64,000 nucleotides of DNA from Yuukianura sp. NJ FZ-2021 (taxonomy: Eukaryota). The position numbers and the translations under genes were made by a program. Each line of letters starts with the position of its first letter. The first letter of the stretch is position 1. The notes under the pieces were generated by a model. It did not search any database. It was not told the DNA's origin and saw only the letters and a list, made by a program, of their open reading frames with translations. Location: positions 6,386,001-6,450,000 of the forward strand of contig CM102288.1 in NCBI GenBank assembly GCA_046563655.1, in the 5' to 3' direction. This document shows positions 13,322 to 26,604 of the stretch, one piece after another.

Positions 13322-14520
13322 ATGGAAGGCGTCACTGACGAATGTAAGAGTAGAAAATTTGCTAGCCGGAGTCAGTAATTGTTTCAAAGTGAGCGATACC
13401 TTAACTTTTATTCAAAATGTTTTCAGTTGTTCATCAAGAAGGCAAGGTTGAATTCGACATAGCAATCTCTAACCAACCAAATGGTGATATTCGTCTCCGC
13501 GGGACTTTTCCTCGCATTAAACCGCGAAAGGAGCGACCTGAGGTGGATGGAGAAATTATCCAAAGCCTCCTGTCCAAACTTTTGAACTGGATTGGTGAAT
13601 ACTTTGACATCTCAAAACGACGAGAAGATTTCCAAAATCTCGCCACAACTTGTGTCGTGTTTGCGGTTTATATCGACCCTTGGTCATCTTTTGACAGTGA
13701 TGTGATGGAACTGGAACTCCAATTTACCTTTTGGTGTAGCGCAATTGACGACTTTATTGAGAGATCTCCACCTACGGCGGTGAAAATGATTCGAGATCAA
13801 AACGAATATTTTCAGCGAATATGGCACCAAGATGACACAGACCTTGAACCTCCAAAAGAAGTCTGCGACTTGTTTGTTCCATTGTGTAATTCTTTGGTGG
13901 CAATTCGTGACCGAATGCGATTATTCGCAGGATTCGAAGAGGCGTTGCCTAAAATACTTTATTATCGTAGGAAGTACGACAGGGCAGCAGAACTTGTTTG
14001 CTCAGTTCGGAATCAGGCATTTCTGAACGTAGACATGTTTAAATATTGGAGAAATATTGTATTCTTTATGGAGGGACTTGTCCTGACCTTTGCCGTTCTC
14101 CATGACATTGTTCCAGGCAAAATGGCATTGGAATCACCCTATATGGCCAGATTATTTTTTCTCGCGCAAGCTTATGGATTCTTAACCAATGATTTGTTAG
14201 GAGTCAAGAAGGATGTTCAAACAAAGGAGCAGAATTTTGTCTTGTTTATGCTGAAGGACAACCTGGAACAAATCGACCTCCAGAAGAAGGTGAATCTATG
14301 TGTAGAACAAATTTGTGAAGAACTAAAAGAACACGTTGAGGAATACATCGATCTTAGAGCCAGAGTTCTAAATGCCTATCCCTCAGACGCAAAATTAGAA
14401 AAGTTTTTAGATTTCTGTGACGCTGGTATGGACGGGCAATTACAGACATATGTGCAGGGTTCAAGGTACTTACTAACTCCTAGTGATTCAGTCATTATGA
14501 AACGTTATGTAAATGATTAG
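13322..14520 (+). CDS. Class I terpene synthase of microbial type (Terpene_syn_C_2-like), 2 coding exons
   Basis: ~370 aa. IDDFIE (DDxxD/E, ~13747), a conserved Arg (WRNIV), NDLLGVKKD (NSE/DTE variant, ~14188) followed by N-F-V, and C-terminal GSRY. Exon 1 (13322-13343, MEGVTDE) splices via GTAAG...TTTCAG in phase into the long ORF at 13427. Confidence 0.85.
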
Positions 14521-15160
14521 GAATACAAAAATACTAGAACATGAAACGAAGCAAGTACGTTGTAAGTTTGTTAGAAACAAAAATAGATTTGTAAAAACAG
14601 ATGACAATTTTGCATGTGGAATTCAATATACGCGGTCATGCACATCGTCCGAAACTATCCTGGGAGCCTATTTCTCGACTTTGTTGACGAACGAAAAAAA
14701 ATTCCTCCGTGGTGGTCTACCACATATAATTTTTTAAAAAATTTTTGGAGGGAACTTTTCCCTCCAAAAATTTTTTTTTCCTTATCTCTTTTTTGCTCCT
14801 TATCTCTAAAAAAACCCTTTTCCCTCCAAAATCGAGAACTACGACAAAGTCGAGAAATAGATACACACAGGGCATTGCTGTGTTAGGTATGGGAGGTTTC
14901 GGACGATGGTCATGCATAGCATTGAAAAGCTATATCTCCGAATTTAAGTTTCATTTATTTCAAATTGGTTGAATATATTAGAAATCGAACACTAATGTTG
15001 TGTTTAACATACTCGTACGATTCCAAGCTTGTTTAAATAGAAATTTTGTTTGTTTTTTCTTAACAACATATATCAGCTACTTTTTCTGTTTCTTTCCAAT
15101 TTTTTGAAACGCACATCTGGCGAAGTTACGTTGTGGTTGCAATTGGAACACAACCTATAA

Positions 15161-15256
15161 ATGATGAGGGCTGTAAGCCACTACTGCCCCCGCAAATCTC
15201 AAGTTGCCCCAGGTATTTATGACATGAAGTCAGTAGTGGCTTACAGCTCTCATCAT
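15161..15256. repeat. Short hairpin / mini inverted repeat
   Basis: ATGATGAGGGCTGTAAGCCACTACTG pairs with CAGTAGTGGCTTACAGCTCTCATCAT (26-bp arms, 1 mismatch). Confidence 0.7.
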
Positions 15257-16426
15257 ATATATCAGAACCGATAAATTATAGAACTTTAAGAGATTATTGT
15301 AAAAATCAACAAAATTGGTAAAAAAAGTTGTTTTTTTCTGAAGGTAAATAGAATGATACTAAGTAGTAATAGCAGAAACTTTGTTAGGGTACCGCGGCAT
15401 TTTTTCTATGCGTGACTCGTTAAAAATTCCTGTCATCGACATATAAAAATTCTAGCCAACACAAGCGCTATATGGGTTTCTTTAGGATACTATCATTACT
15501 CCCGGAGTTCTGGTGTTTTTTCAACGACTGATGTCACAAACAAAAACTGCATTGGCTGCTAAAAGAGACGGACACAGTGTGCTGGTTCTTTCTTGTTTTT
15601 TTTAGTCCAAAGTTATGTTATATCCTATTGCTGCATTTGTACAAATGGCCGCTACAGCAACCTTGTAGGATTCTGGGGCGGCAACTGCCCAGGTTTCTGA
15701 ACGAAATTGAACAGTTTTTAGCTACTGTTAGTTGACAATAGCCAAAAGCTAGATACCGCAACCGTGATTGTATAGTAAGCTTTAAGAAAATTAAGATCCA
15801 ATCAATTGTCAGAAATGGTAGTCTAACTAATTCCAATGGCACCACGTTACTTCAACTGCAATAACTGCCATTTAAAAATACGCCACAATTAAGTTGCGTT
15901 GAAAAATTTAAATTGATTGAAGCGCCGTCCTTTCACTTCCTAACCTTAACGAATTTATCCCTCCCGCGTTTTTGTCATTTAACTCAATGACAACAGAGAG
16001 AGTCTGGGGAGGAATTTGAAAGTTAGCAAATGACTACTCTGAGCGAGTGAGTTAGAATGAAAAGAAACCTAGTATTTAACTGCGCTGACTAGTATAGAAT
16101 TTCACTCACTTAAACACTAAATATAACCTGTCAGTTCTCAAATTTGTTCCACAAATTAGGACCCGAATGAAGCAAACTTTTACTATCAAACCATTACGAG
16201 AATTTTAAACATACTTTTTAGCTCTAACGTTAGTAATAGAATAAATTTTATAAACGCTTTTGACCAACTACTTCAAGTATTTCAACCCACTACGAGCAAA
16301 TTGGCAGGTATGTCCGGCAATTAAGAAAAGTCTTATTGTATGTTATTGGTGAAACTGCATCCGCAGACTGTTAATTCAAAGCCGTATATAAATAGCAGTG
16401 TTTACAGAAAAGCGATCTTAACGAAA

Positions 16427-18951
16427 ATGCTTTCAAAGAAGGAGTTTGACCATTGCCAGACTATCTTGAAATTCTTTTCAAAGGTTAAGTTTTGTGAATT
16501 TGGTTCCCAAAACAATTTATTATGTCGAAACGACTCAAAGTTAAAGAAGGTTTGGAATACTTTCGCAGTTGTGGCTTATGGCTTACAGTTGTGGCAACTG
16601 TATTACGCAATCCAGCGAACAGCTGCTGCTGGAAATCTTTTCCATAGCTTTTTTCAATGTGGAACATGCGGATATATTGTTGGAAGGTTGGGCGTCTGGG
16701 CAACTGTTCAGTTGTATGAAGGAGAGACGGTGCAACTATTCAACATGATTTTGCTGATGCAGAAGCAAGGTGGAATTGTGTTTATTGTGGCATAGCATGT
16801 AGTATGGCATGGTGGTATGGCCTGACATTGTCGCATGGTGGAGCCATGTTTTGTAAATGTATTAAAGTTTATTAGAATTAAATGTATCGGAAACCCCTTT
16901 TTATATCAACTTTGACTTGCTGACCTGCGGTTGACCGATGATCTCAGCAATGAATCAATATTTTCTGGATCAGATTTACTAGTGAACAACGGCAGAGTGG
17001 GTATTAACTAGTGAACATCAGCATGGTGAATCATATATAATTTCAGGCGAAAGGTCTAGCTCAGCAGGTTTTATCCCCGATATAAATGTTATGTATAAAA
17101 GTTGTTCATCTCTCATCTAGACAAACAACTTTTATGCAAGTTACCCTAGTTGAGCTACTTTGAAATCAAATGTAAACTTATAAATTTTTAGGTTGGGTAA
17201 CCTGGTAAAAATTTGGTTCAGTTTTGCCAGTGTGAATGTTATGTACCACCGTTTTTCACTAATTTTCACGGTTTACAACCGATAGATTGAGGGTGAGGCC
17301 ATTTTTAGAAAGGTTAAGGACGTGTGGTATGCGTCTAATAAACCATAATCGTTAAATTTAGTAACCACGATAACCGAGCTTTTGCAGTTAGTAAAAGATG
17401 CAGACATCGACAAAAAGAAACACCCTCGTGAGTGGTGAAAAAGGATCAGTGCAAAGGTGATCAAAAAAAAGTATGCACTTTCAAACAAACAAAATACTGA
17501 CACAAGTTCGGTTGCCGTCGTCTGGGTTTTGTCAACAACTTTTCTGAGGCTGCGACATTGAAATTGAAAAACGTTCTGGGTCAGCGTAGGAATGTACAGT
17601 GACCCACAATATATCAAACTTTAGCAAAAGACTTGATCTAGTACCCCGCTGAAGAAAAATTACAAAATTTTAGTTCTATCTGTGTAAATATGGAGGTGGA
17701 ATGTTTGGGTCAATTTTTTTCACAGTTAGAACGAAAATTTTGTAATTCTTCTTCAGCGGGGTACTAGATCAAGCTTTTTTCTAAAGTTTGATATATTGTG
17801 GGTCATTGTACGACCTTCCTACGTTGATCCAGACCATTTTTCATTTCATAAGTTACAGCCGCATGTTGACCCCCAGTTTCCAGGGATTTCGCGAGCCTTA
17901 AGTAAACAAACTGGTGCAAAGGTCGTAAGATTTAGGTTTAGGTCTAACCTCACACTTTTTTGTATGACTTACTGTAAATGTAACAGTTTAGAATTATAGT
18001 ATATTTTCTTGATTTTGTGGGTAAATCTTTTCATCTCAATGAGAATATGTTTTAATTTCCAGGGGTACGCTATTTTGGAAAAGAATACTCTGCTGACACA
18101 AATTTAACTAGCAGGGCTACGACGTGCCTCAAGTACATTTTGTATTTCATCTACACGTCTCATTTCATTCTACAGTTTTTTATTAGAAATGAAGTATCGA
18201 CTCTGTTTCTCGAAGTCAAAGAGCGTCTGGGTCTGGGCTACATCAGTAGCACCTTACTGTTCTTGATGGTACATGGAGCTTTACACATCGACTTGGCCAT
18301 CCATATACATTTCTATATCTGTCTGATCTACATGGCCCAATTTTGTCTTTACTTTTGGACTAAAGTTTCTTGGTGAGACAAAAACATAAATTATAAGCTC
18401 ACAAAAATTTCTTATTTTGTATTTCATTTAATATTTGTTTCTTTTAATATTTATTTATCATTTGTTTCAGCGTCACTTGGCCGATTGAGGCAAAGGATAG
18501 CGCTAGCATTGACAAAATATTGCATGTTTATAATCAAGTCAGAATTTTAAACGACATGAGCAATACAGTGATCGGAAAAATTGGTGGACTAATTTGGAAG
18601 ATTACTAGTTTATTGGCAGTTGGAATTTCCCTATACATTCTCATCCGGCTGAACGTCAAAATCAAAGACTTAGGGTTATTGATCACTTTGTTTATATTAT
18701 TAATCGGTGGTACCTTTGGGTCATTTGTCATTTGTTGGATTATGGCTAAGTTGTACAAAGTGTCATTGGACTTGAAGTGGAACATCTTTCGGAATGCGGA
18801 GCTGTCAAACAACAAGCTGAATAGAAAAATAATTTCGAGCCTTCCCGTAGTTCGTTGTAGTTTCGGCGGTGCCTACTACATAGAGGACAGAGCGAGACTA
18901 ACGGTATTGGACACAATCATTCAAATCGTGGTCTTTTTGTTGTTGGCATAG
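16427..18951 (+). CDS. Gustatory-receptor-like 7TM chemoreceptor, 3 exons
   Basis: Exons ~16427-16770, 18063-18372 and 18471-18951 join in frame via GT-AG (~380 aa). Multiple hydrophobic helices; YNQVRILND motif; GR-type C-terminus RCSFGGAYYIEDRARLTVLDTIIQIVVFLLLA. TATATAAA at ~16385. Confidence 0.75.
17548..17860. mobile_element. Palindromic non-autonomous element in intron 1 of the GR-like gene
   Basis: GTACAGTGACCCACAATATATCAAACTTTAG...CTTGATCTAGTACCCCGCTGAAGAA is mirrored by TTCTTCAGCGGGGTACTAGATCAAG...CTAAAGTTTGATATATTGTGGGTCATTGTAC; arms ~130 bp. Confidence 0.75.
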
Positions 18952-20684
18952 AGCATTTCGAGTTTCATTCAGAACCTTTCAACCGAAAGCAGAAAATTAT
19001 TGTAGTTCAAAGCGACTTGTAGCTTTGTAGTAGTACATTGCTTTATATGAAAGCTTGTTGCAAAGAATTTGGTTATATTGTATGCGATACAAGTATTTTC
19101 TTAACCCATAAGACCACAATTGCTGACAAAGTTTAACTTCAATATGATTCTTGGATGTGATACACTTGTTGTATTCGCGACAGCAACATTTAAGGCATTA
19201 AAAATTCATTAGATAGGTACCTTGGAAGTTTTGTTGGTATGCTTAAATATGCAGGTGACGCATGTAGAAAAATAAACGAATAAAGTACGAAGAATAAAGG
19301 TTTGAAACGACTTTGGGGCACGCAAGAACAAACAAGATAAAAAATCAAACGTTGGCAAACAAAAAATTTACTAGAAATCAAGAAAACTTTCAAGCCATGC
19401 AAAATTTAATAAATAAATCTTTACTCAAGTTCATTTGTTTTTTTATAAGTTGAAATATTGAAATTAAAGTTAAACAACTCATGTTCAATTGTGTGGTACA
19501 GCACACCTTTCAACAGTTACTAAAAAACCATCAGATAATTCCACTTTGAATCATTTTGCTACTGAATTTTTCTTCTTTGTTGTTGTCGCAACGTTTAAAG
19601 TTGCAAATGAAAATGTACTACATAATAGTACTATGATGTACTGTACATGTGCGTAGAACTCGGTTTTTTCTCAAAACCAGTTCACCGGTTTTTTTGATTG
19701 GTTGACATGGAAATGAAATTAACATGTATAGCGGTTTTTATTTCTATGAAAAACACATATATGTGTCATCCCAAAGCAACAACCGCTCGTGAGACTACCT
19801 TAGTAATGCGGTGTGTGGGTGTGTCTTTTTTCTGTTTCCGTGTGTCATCTTGGGGCTGTACTCGGGTCAGGGGGTGGCAAAAATGCCTTAGCGACCAAAA
19901 CCGATTCTTGAGTTGTTTACAATTTCACTCGCAATGACGTCACTCCAAGTGAAAATACAGGTTCATCCGAGTTTTTAAGCTATTTTTATGTTTGCGGCGA
20001 AGGTATTGAGACTAAAATGATGAAAATGTTGAACAGCACTGTAAATGAGTGAACTCGGACTGAAAAAAATCTCATAGCAACTCAGTATTGAAAAAGGTTT
20101 TTCATTTGCCGAAGGCAATTGTTTTCACAGATGAACTTCACATGGTCCAGGGGTGAACAAGCGGTATGCCGTTTAACCGGAAGCGACCAACTTCCGAGGT
20201 CAAGTACATTTTTTCACGGAAATGAAAAAAATGATCCTTACAGAAAGTGTTCATCATGAGACAACAACTCCGCCACCTATGACCTGGTGATTCAAATGTA
20301 TTAATCATGGTCACAAACCCTTATCTACAATTCGATACTTAGTTACGGCGTTTACAACGGTTTATTACCTTTAAATGCATACCTGTAACGACATACATTT
20401 AGGAGAAATTGTCTTATGTATTATTTTAACTATTATTCTAGGTACTATTGCTTTTGGTTTAACTGAACATTTTACCCCAGCGCAGAACCCTCTTGTAACA
20501 CCTGCTCGTATTAAACCTGAATGATACTCTTGAAGCTACTACTTAGGGTTATTTTCTCATTAGAAGAATTTTCTACAAACGTTTACAACATATTAGAAAC
20601 TGTTTTTATGAGCCAAAGCCACGGATTAGTTTTATTTACTAAATTAGCGGAATAAAATAATCGCATTGGCACCCTTTAACATTT

Positions 20685-22096
20685 ATAATTGAACGGAAAA
20701 AGGGGCAAACTGAAAATTGCAATTTGGGTTCCTATGGGTAACGATTTGCGTATTTCTGGTGAAATCGGACAAAACAAGGTAGGGCGATGCTCAAGGGTTT
20801 GATCATAGGTCTTCTGGAGGGAATTGACAATTGATACGACATTTAGACTGCCCTACCGCAAAACTGTAGACAAACTGAGAAACAGTTTTCATGGAATTAA
20901 AGCTCTAAAACGTCGCTGAAAATTTTCAGTGGGAATATGAGATCCTATTTTATGTATGAGTTGCACCAAAATTGTCTTGGCAATTTTACCGTTTAATTGA
21001 ACCAAAATCATGTTAAAGTTTTGAGGCCTAAAATATCTGCATTGAATTGATGTTGTTAATTTGGTGTGCACAAAATGCACAAAATTGAAAACCACCTTAA
21101 AAAGAAGGTGGTCGAATATCGTTCTTGATTCATGTTCTTCATTTGTTGAGGAAGATGCACATAATGTATTGTCAATGTTGTCATGGCAATGCTCACGGTA
21201 GTTCTCAAACCTGCACAAACCTTCAATTATGTGCATCATGCACAAAATTGTACGTTGTGGGGTAGGAGTCCAATATCGTTTCTTTAAAATCAAAATTATA
21301 AAAATTTCTTGCAAAAGCAAATTTGAACCCTGCCATGCACTGTTTACATGTTACAGAATTTAAGCCAGAATTTGTACCCCCTGACAAGGTTTAATTTAAC
21401 AACGTAATTAAACATACTGCCAGAAAAAGACCAGATCAAAACTCCGTTGTTTATAAATGGTTTGAGTGCAATCGAAACCAAAACAGTTTCGCGAAGCCAC
21501 GATACTGCGGGTACGTAAAGTAGCCGCCCACTTGTACGTTGTTAATGTACGACTTTGAGTGCAATGTAGACGTACTGAAAACTCTTGAGCCATACATAAC
21601 CCTCCGTCAATAATGGGGCTAATGTTTCAGTGAAAAGGGTACTAAAAAAGGTTACAGACGGACGGACGGACAAAGTCGTATCAATAGTCTTCTTCAGCAC
21701 GTCGTAGACGTGCGTCTCCAGAAGACTAAAAATGTCGGGATACGACAACACTGCGTGTGCGTAAAGTGGCCGCTCACTTCGACGCTGTTAATTCTAGAAT
21801 TTTAGTACACTGTAGACCTACTGAAAACTCTTGAGCCACATGATATAACCCCCCGACTGCGATGGGGCTAATGTTTCAGTGGAAAGGGTCCTAAAAAGTG
21901 TGACGGACGGACGGACAAAGTCGTATCAATAGTCTTTTTCAGCACGTCGTAGACGTGCGTCTCCAGAAGACTAAAACTCTAAATCGATGTGAAAAACCGT
22001 TTTTTCGCCTGGCTTTGTTTGTTTGAGAAGTGAAAAAGAAAACCTCAAAACAACGTTTTTCAGTTTGCCCCTTTTTCCGCGAAGGCATTCAATTAT
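20685..22096. mobile_element. ~1.4 kb non-autonomous TIR element with an internal ~230-bp direct duplication
   Basis: TIR CGGAAAAAGGGGCAAACTGAAAA at 20694 and its reverse complement ending at 22079. Internal direct repeats at ~21505-21735 and ~21750-21977 (GACGGACAAAGTCGTATCAATAGTC...CTCCAGAAGACTAAAA). Confidence 0.65.
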
Positions 22097-22597
22097 GTAG
22101 CATAGTTGATTTCGGCAATTTGACCTAACTGCGACGTTTCTACGGCTCGCTGACATTGATATCTTAGTAAAACTTCTTTTGGTTTAAGTCCAGCATGCTA
22201 AATCAAATTCTTAATAAAAAGTTGTTTTCAAAAATAAAGCCTTGAAAACATGGCTAAAGAAATTACTTAAAGAGTTGAGTCACTTGATTCTAAACTCTAG
22301 CAGTTGTTGGTTGTTTTTAATTATATCACGTTATGAATGGTTCCCTACACAAATATAAGATTCGTCTATATCTTATGTGGATTTTTTGTCAATTGCTGCG
22401 TGGTGAACCACAATCAGGCAACTGTCAGTTAAAATCCTCCGCCCAAATACTAACGTCCATGGTATCAATTTTGCTTTTTAGCATAGAATTGTTTTAAGTA
22501 AAACTAGTTTCCACATTATATCTTTGAACACTTACTGTACTGGTAGAGGTCAGGCAGGACGCTGCTCGTAAGAAACTACGAAAAACACCAGTAAAAA

Positions 22598-24668
22598 ATG
22601 GCAGTTGCTTTTGTTGTGATTAGTGGAATTGCATTTGTTCTTGCGATTGTATTGCTAGCTATTGCTAAAATTCAAAGGCCAAAAGGATTTCCTTCGGGTA
22701 AGTGCAACTCTTAATTAAGTTACAGTTAAACGAGAACATTATAAAATAAATTCAAAATTCTCGTTAGGAATTGCCTATGAAAGTTAAATTCTTAAAAACA
22801 AATTGTGTATTAAGGTCCTCTGTCTTTCCCAATTATTGGAAATTTGCTGCATATTGGATGGGAAGAACCATGGAAAAGTTTTGTTGAAATGGGTCACAAC
22901 TATGGTGGGATTTTTACTATCGACTATGGATCATACCGTTCCATTGTAGTCGATGATCTTAAACTGCTCAAACAGTGTCTGAATGAACCATCGTTGGCGG
23001 GAAGACCCAGATTTCCAGTATTCTTAGAAAGAACTAATCCGGGAGGAACTTATTCCCGAGGAATTCTTACAAGTGAATTACAACACTGGAGCGAGCAGCG
23101 TCGATTTGTGCTTAAAAATTTGCGAGATTTTGGTTTTGGGAAAACGTCAATGGAGGGATTAATCCAGGATGAATTGCAAGAGTTTTTGAGAAGAATGCGT
23201 AAGCGAACAGGAGTACCTGTCAAAACTCTTGGACTCTTCAACGCAGGTAAGTCAAAACAAATATAATTGAGAAGTAGAAATTGGAACCAATTTTATTCAA
23301 TTTTGCGTTTTTTTTTATACAATTTTTAAACCAAGCGGTGGTTAATTCGTTCTGGAGAATTTGTACGGGATCTCGCGTTTCACAGAATGATCCAAAGCTT
23401 GCAAAGCTCATCGCGGCACTGATCGAGTAAAATTTTGAAAAAAAAAGGCAAAATCAAATTGACGTTTGTTAGCTTGAATTTTTTTTTGCTTATCGCCACA
23501 CAGTGGATTTTCGGCTGCAAGTCCATTAGTATTCTTTTTTCCGAAGTTGATCAAATGGTTTCCGGCCCTTGTTGGATACAACGACGTTTTGGTTACAAAT
23601 AAAATTTTGTGCGCATTTGTCACTTCCGAGTACAAGGCTCATAAGGCATCCTATGTTCCTGGACAGCCACGCGACCTTCTGGACGTCATGATAGAAGAAG
23701 TAACTGCAACCACTGACCCGGAGTCTTCTTTTTACAAGGACGAAGGAGGTAACAGGTCGAGGTCAAAACCATTTTATTCTTAGGATCATTAAATTTTTTT
23801 AATTCTAGAAGCAACTGTCATCATAACTTTGGAAGATCTGTTCGCTGCAGGATCTGAAACAGTAAGTTTCTTTATGATGTTTCAATGAATAGCACGTGAC
23901 TTTTGACCTTTGCCTCAACAGACCAGCACCACTTTAACTTGGATTTGTCTCCACATGGCTCTATTTCCTGATGTACAAGAAAAAATGGCTGAAGAAATTT
24001 CCAAGGTCATCGGGCCAACCAAAATGCCTGAATTAAGTGACCGCACGATGATGCCGTATACGGAGTGTGTGATCATGGAAGTACTTCGATCGGTTGCGGT
24101 TTTCCCACTTGGTGTAATGCACAGCGCAACAGCAGACACTACTATCGCTGGATATCTTATACCCAAGGACACCGTTTTCACGCCCAACCTTTACAAAGTG
24201 TTGCACGACCCTGCAATTTGGGGCGATCCAGAAATTTTTCGGCCTGAGAGATTCTTGGACTCAAACGGTAGAGCTAACAAGTCACATGAAGCCTTCATTC
24301 CATTTTCCTATGGAAGAAGAGTTTGCATTGGTAACGACAAAGGATGGAATTTTTAAATTGAAAAGTTTTAAATTTAAATTAAGTTCAGAATTTTGTTTTT
24401 CAAAAAAATAATTTTTGTCCGAATTTTAGGTGAAAAATTGGCAAAAGATGAACTGTTTCTTTTCACTACCGGGTAATTGAATACAACTAGTATGAGTTAA
24501 AACTGAATCTCATTTTTTTTTCTAAATTGTGTTTCAAATGTTGTCAGTGTTTTCCAAAATTTCCGTGTCACTACAAATCCAAAAGCGCCGAAGCCAAGTT
24601 TGAAACCAAAGCCCACGATTGTCCTCAGTCCAAAACCCCACGAACTCATTTTTCACGAAAGGGCATAA
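22598..24668 (+). CDS. Cytochrome P450, CYP2 clan, multi-exon, apparently intact
   Basis: N-terminal anchor plus FPSGPLSFPIIGNL hinge, WSEQRRF C-helix with LRDFGFGK, I-helix DLFAAGSETTSTTL, EVLR (ExxR), FRPERFL, heme motif FSYGRRVCIGEKLA; ends HELIFHERA*. Confidence 0.95.
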
Positions 24669-25339
24669 ATAACACAAACTCCAAGCTAATTAAAATGAAA
24701 AAAGTTTTAAATAAATTGACACAAACCTGTTATCCTTCGATTCCAACTTAGATAATTGTTTAAACAAGTAAAATAATACATAATAAATCACGAAATTTCA
24801 GTATGTAAATGTTGTTTTTCTTCCCTACCATTATTTTTTTTTCTTTGAAGTTTCTAAAATCTTGTTTCTTTTTTTTCCAAAGGTTTCAGTTTTGGATAAA
24901 AAAATAATTCAAGAAAATTGCAAAATCCATTGCTTAACTTTTACACTTATATCTTTATGTCCTAGTTTAGTTCTTTTAAAGATAATGAGATTGATCTGCT
25001 CCTTCTCCTTATGTAAATCACTCCAAACAACTATCAGAATTCGACAGGCTCAAAATAAAATTAGAAATTGATTGGGAGGAAAAAAAACTAACTGACATTG
25101 ATTATTATTTTCTAAACGGCGTCGTGTTCGACAGATTAAAAGCTGGCTCGGTTGTTAGACAAGTTGTCAGAATTGTTAAAAATTGAACGTTTGAGTTAAG
25201 AAACGACAAAAGAGAAAAGAAAACGTCTGCAAAAAGATTAAGGTCGTCCTTAAGTATTGAGAATGGGTCTGTGACAATTGATCTGATAGCTTTTCTTAGG
25301 TTAGGTTCTTAAGTATCACAACACTGAGGTGTATACGAT

Positions 25340-25650
25340 CGTTGCAGGTCATAGCCGACAATCCAAAAGCCGACAATCCAATAGCCGACAATCAAAAGCC
25401 GAGAATTCCAAAGCCGACAATCCTCAAGCCGACAAGTGAATAGCCGACAACGGCTAAAGCCGACAAAATTAAAAACGGTTATACTATAGCCTGATTAGCG
25501 TAGGTTAGGTTTGGTTAGGTTAAAGTAAGGTGAATTACGACGTAAGTTTCTGATTATTTTTAAGTTTAACGCGTATCTAATTTTGTCGCCTTTAGCCGTT
25601 GTCGGCTATTGGATTGTCGGCTTATGGATTGTCGCCTATGACCTAGAACC
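25340..25650. mobile_element. MULE/foldback-type non-autonomous element with 9-bp TSD and GCCGACAA subterminal arrays
   Basis: TSD GTATACGAT at 25331-25339 and 25651-25659. Ends CGTTGCAGGTCATA...TATGACCTAGAACC. Tandem AGCCGACAA units on the left, TTGTCGGCT on the right; internal TTAGG motifs. Confidence 0.85.
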
Positions 25651-26604
25651 GTATACGATTTGCATATACCGCGGTTATACAGCGTTCCGAATGCACAGAA
25701 ATTTTGTTTCCCCTCTTGCACCGTCCATTCTCCATATCCTAAAATACAAATTTTTGGAGTTGTACTATTATGGTCGATTGTTGTGGTTGAAAATTAGGTT
25801 AGCTTGATTCAACAACGTCTTTTGTAAGTTTTATTTCAAAAACTTTGGAAACTTGAAACGAAAAAAAGGTTAAGCTTACTGTCCTTGTGATTTTGATCGC
25901 AGATTATATAACTATTTTAAAATGAAATGTAGGAAAAGAAATTTCAGGAATCGAGGGTTATGAGAACTTAGAAATGAACCGTGGAAAATTGGAAACCACC
26001 AAATAAATCAAGAGGATGGAAACGCAGTTCCATAGAGATCGGACAGCTGTAGGAAAAGCGTTTGTTCCCTATTTCTAAATTTCTAAGTCACCAATCAAGC
26101 CTATGTTAGGTCAACCTACGTTAGAACAAACATAATTTTTGAAGTTATATGATTTGTGAGTGCAAATTGTATGTTTTCTCATTCCAAACCTTTCACATCA
26201 TTTGCCCTCTTGTTTGAAATTTATTTTTAACTAGGCAACTACGTCGTCAATGAATTAAGTCACATTAACAAATTAAGTTCGTCTTTTCTAAACGGCAGTT
26301 TAACTAGTGACCAAGGTCGTAATGATCCTGAACTGGGCATGTTCCAGAGCATGCTCCACTAAACGCACAGTCAAGATTACCACAGTCGCAACAGTCTAGA
26401 ATTTGACGTTGACTAGAATCTAATTGATTACAACTAGACGGACTTTCACCACGATTTGGCTGGCGTTCACAAGGATTTGACTGACTTTGAATAGCATTTG
26501 GGTGACCTTAACGAGATGGGTGATAGGCCTCCTAAATTACAAATGGTTCGTTAGCATGAGAAAAAATTATTCCTTTTTACACGCATTGTTAGTGAAAAGC
26601 TAAG

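Noticed and set aside
13322..14520. Bacterial or fungal contamination as the source of the terpene synthase
   Set aside because: It has a spliceosomal intron, an arthropod-type promoter, host-like composition and a local pseudogene duplicate linked to an animal GR.
10970..20250. Inverted similarity between ~10970-11070 and ~20170-20250 as ends of one large element
   Set aside because: Short and degenerate, with no TSD; better explained as dispersed repeat fragments.
20889..21320. 143-aa ORF as a transposase
   Set aside because: No DDE or DNA-binding motif recognisable; it lies inside an AT-rich non-autonomous element.
25495..25530. Telomere (TTAGG) array
   Set aside because: Only a few degenerate units, inside a transposon remnant.
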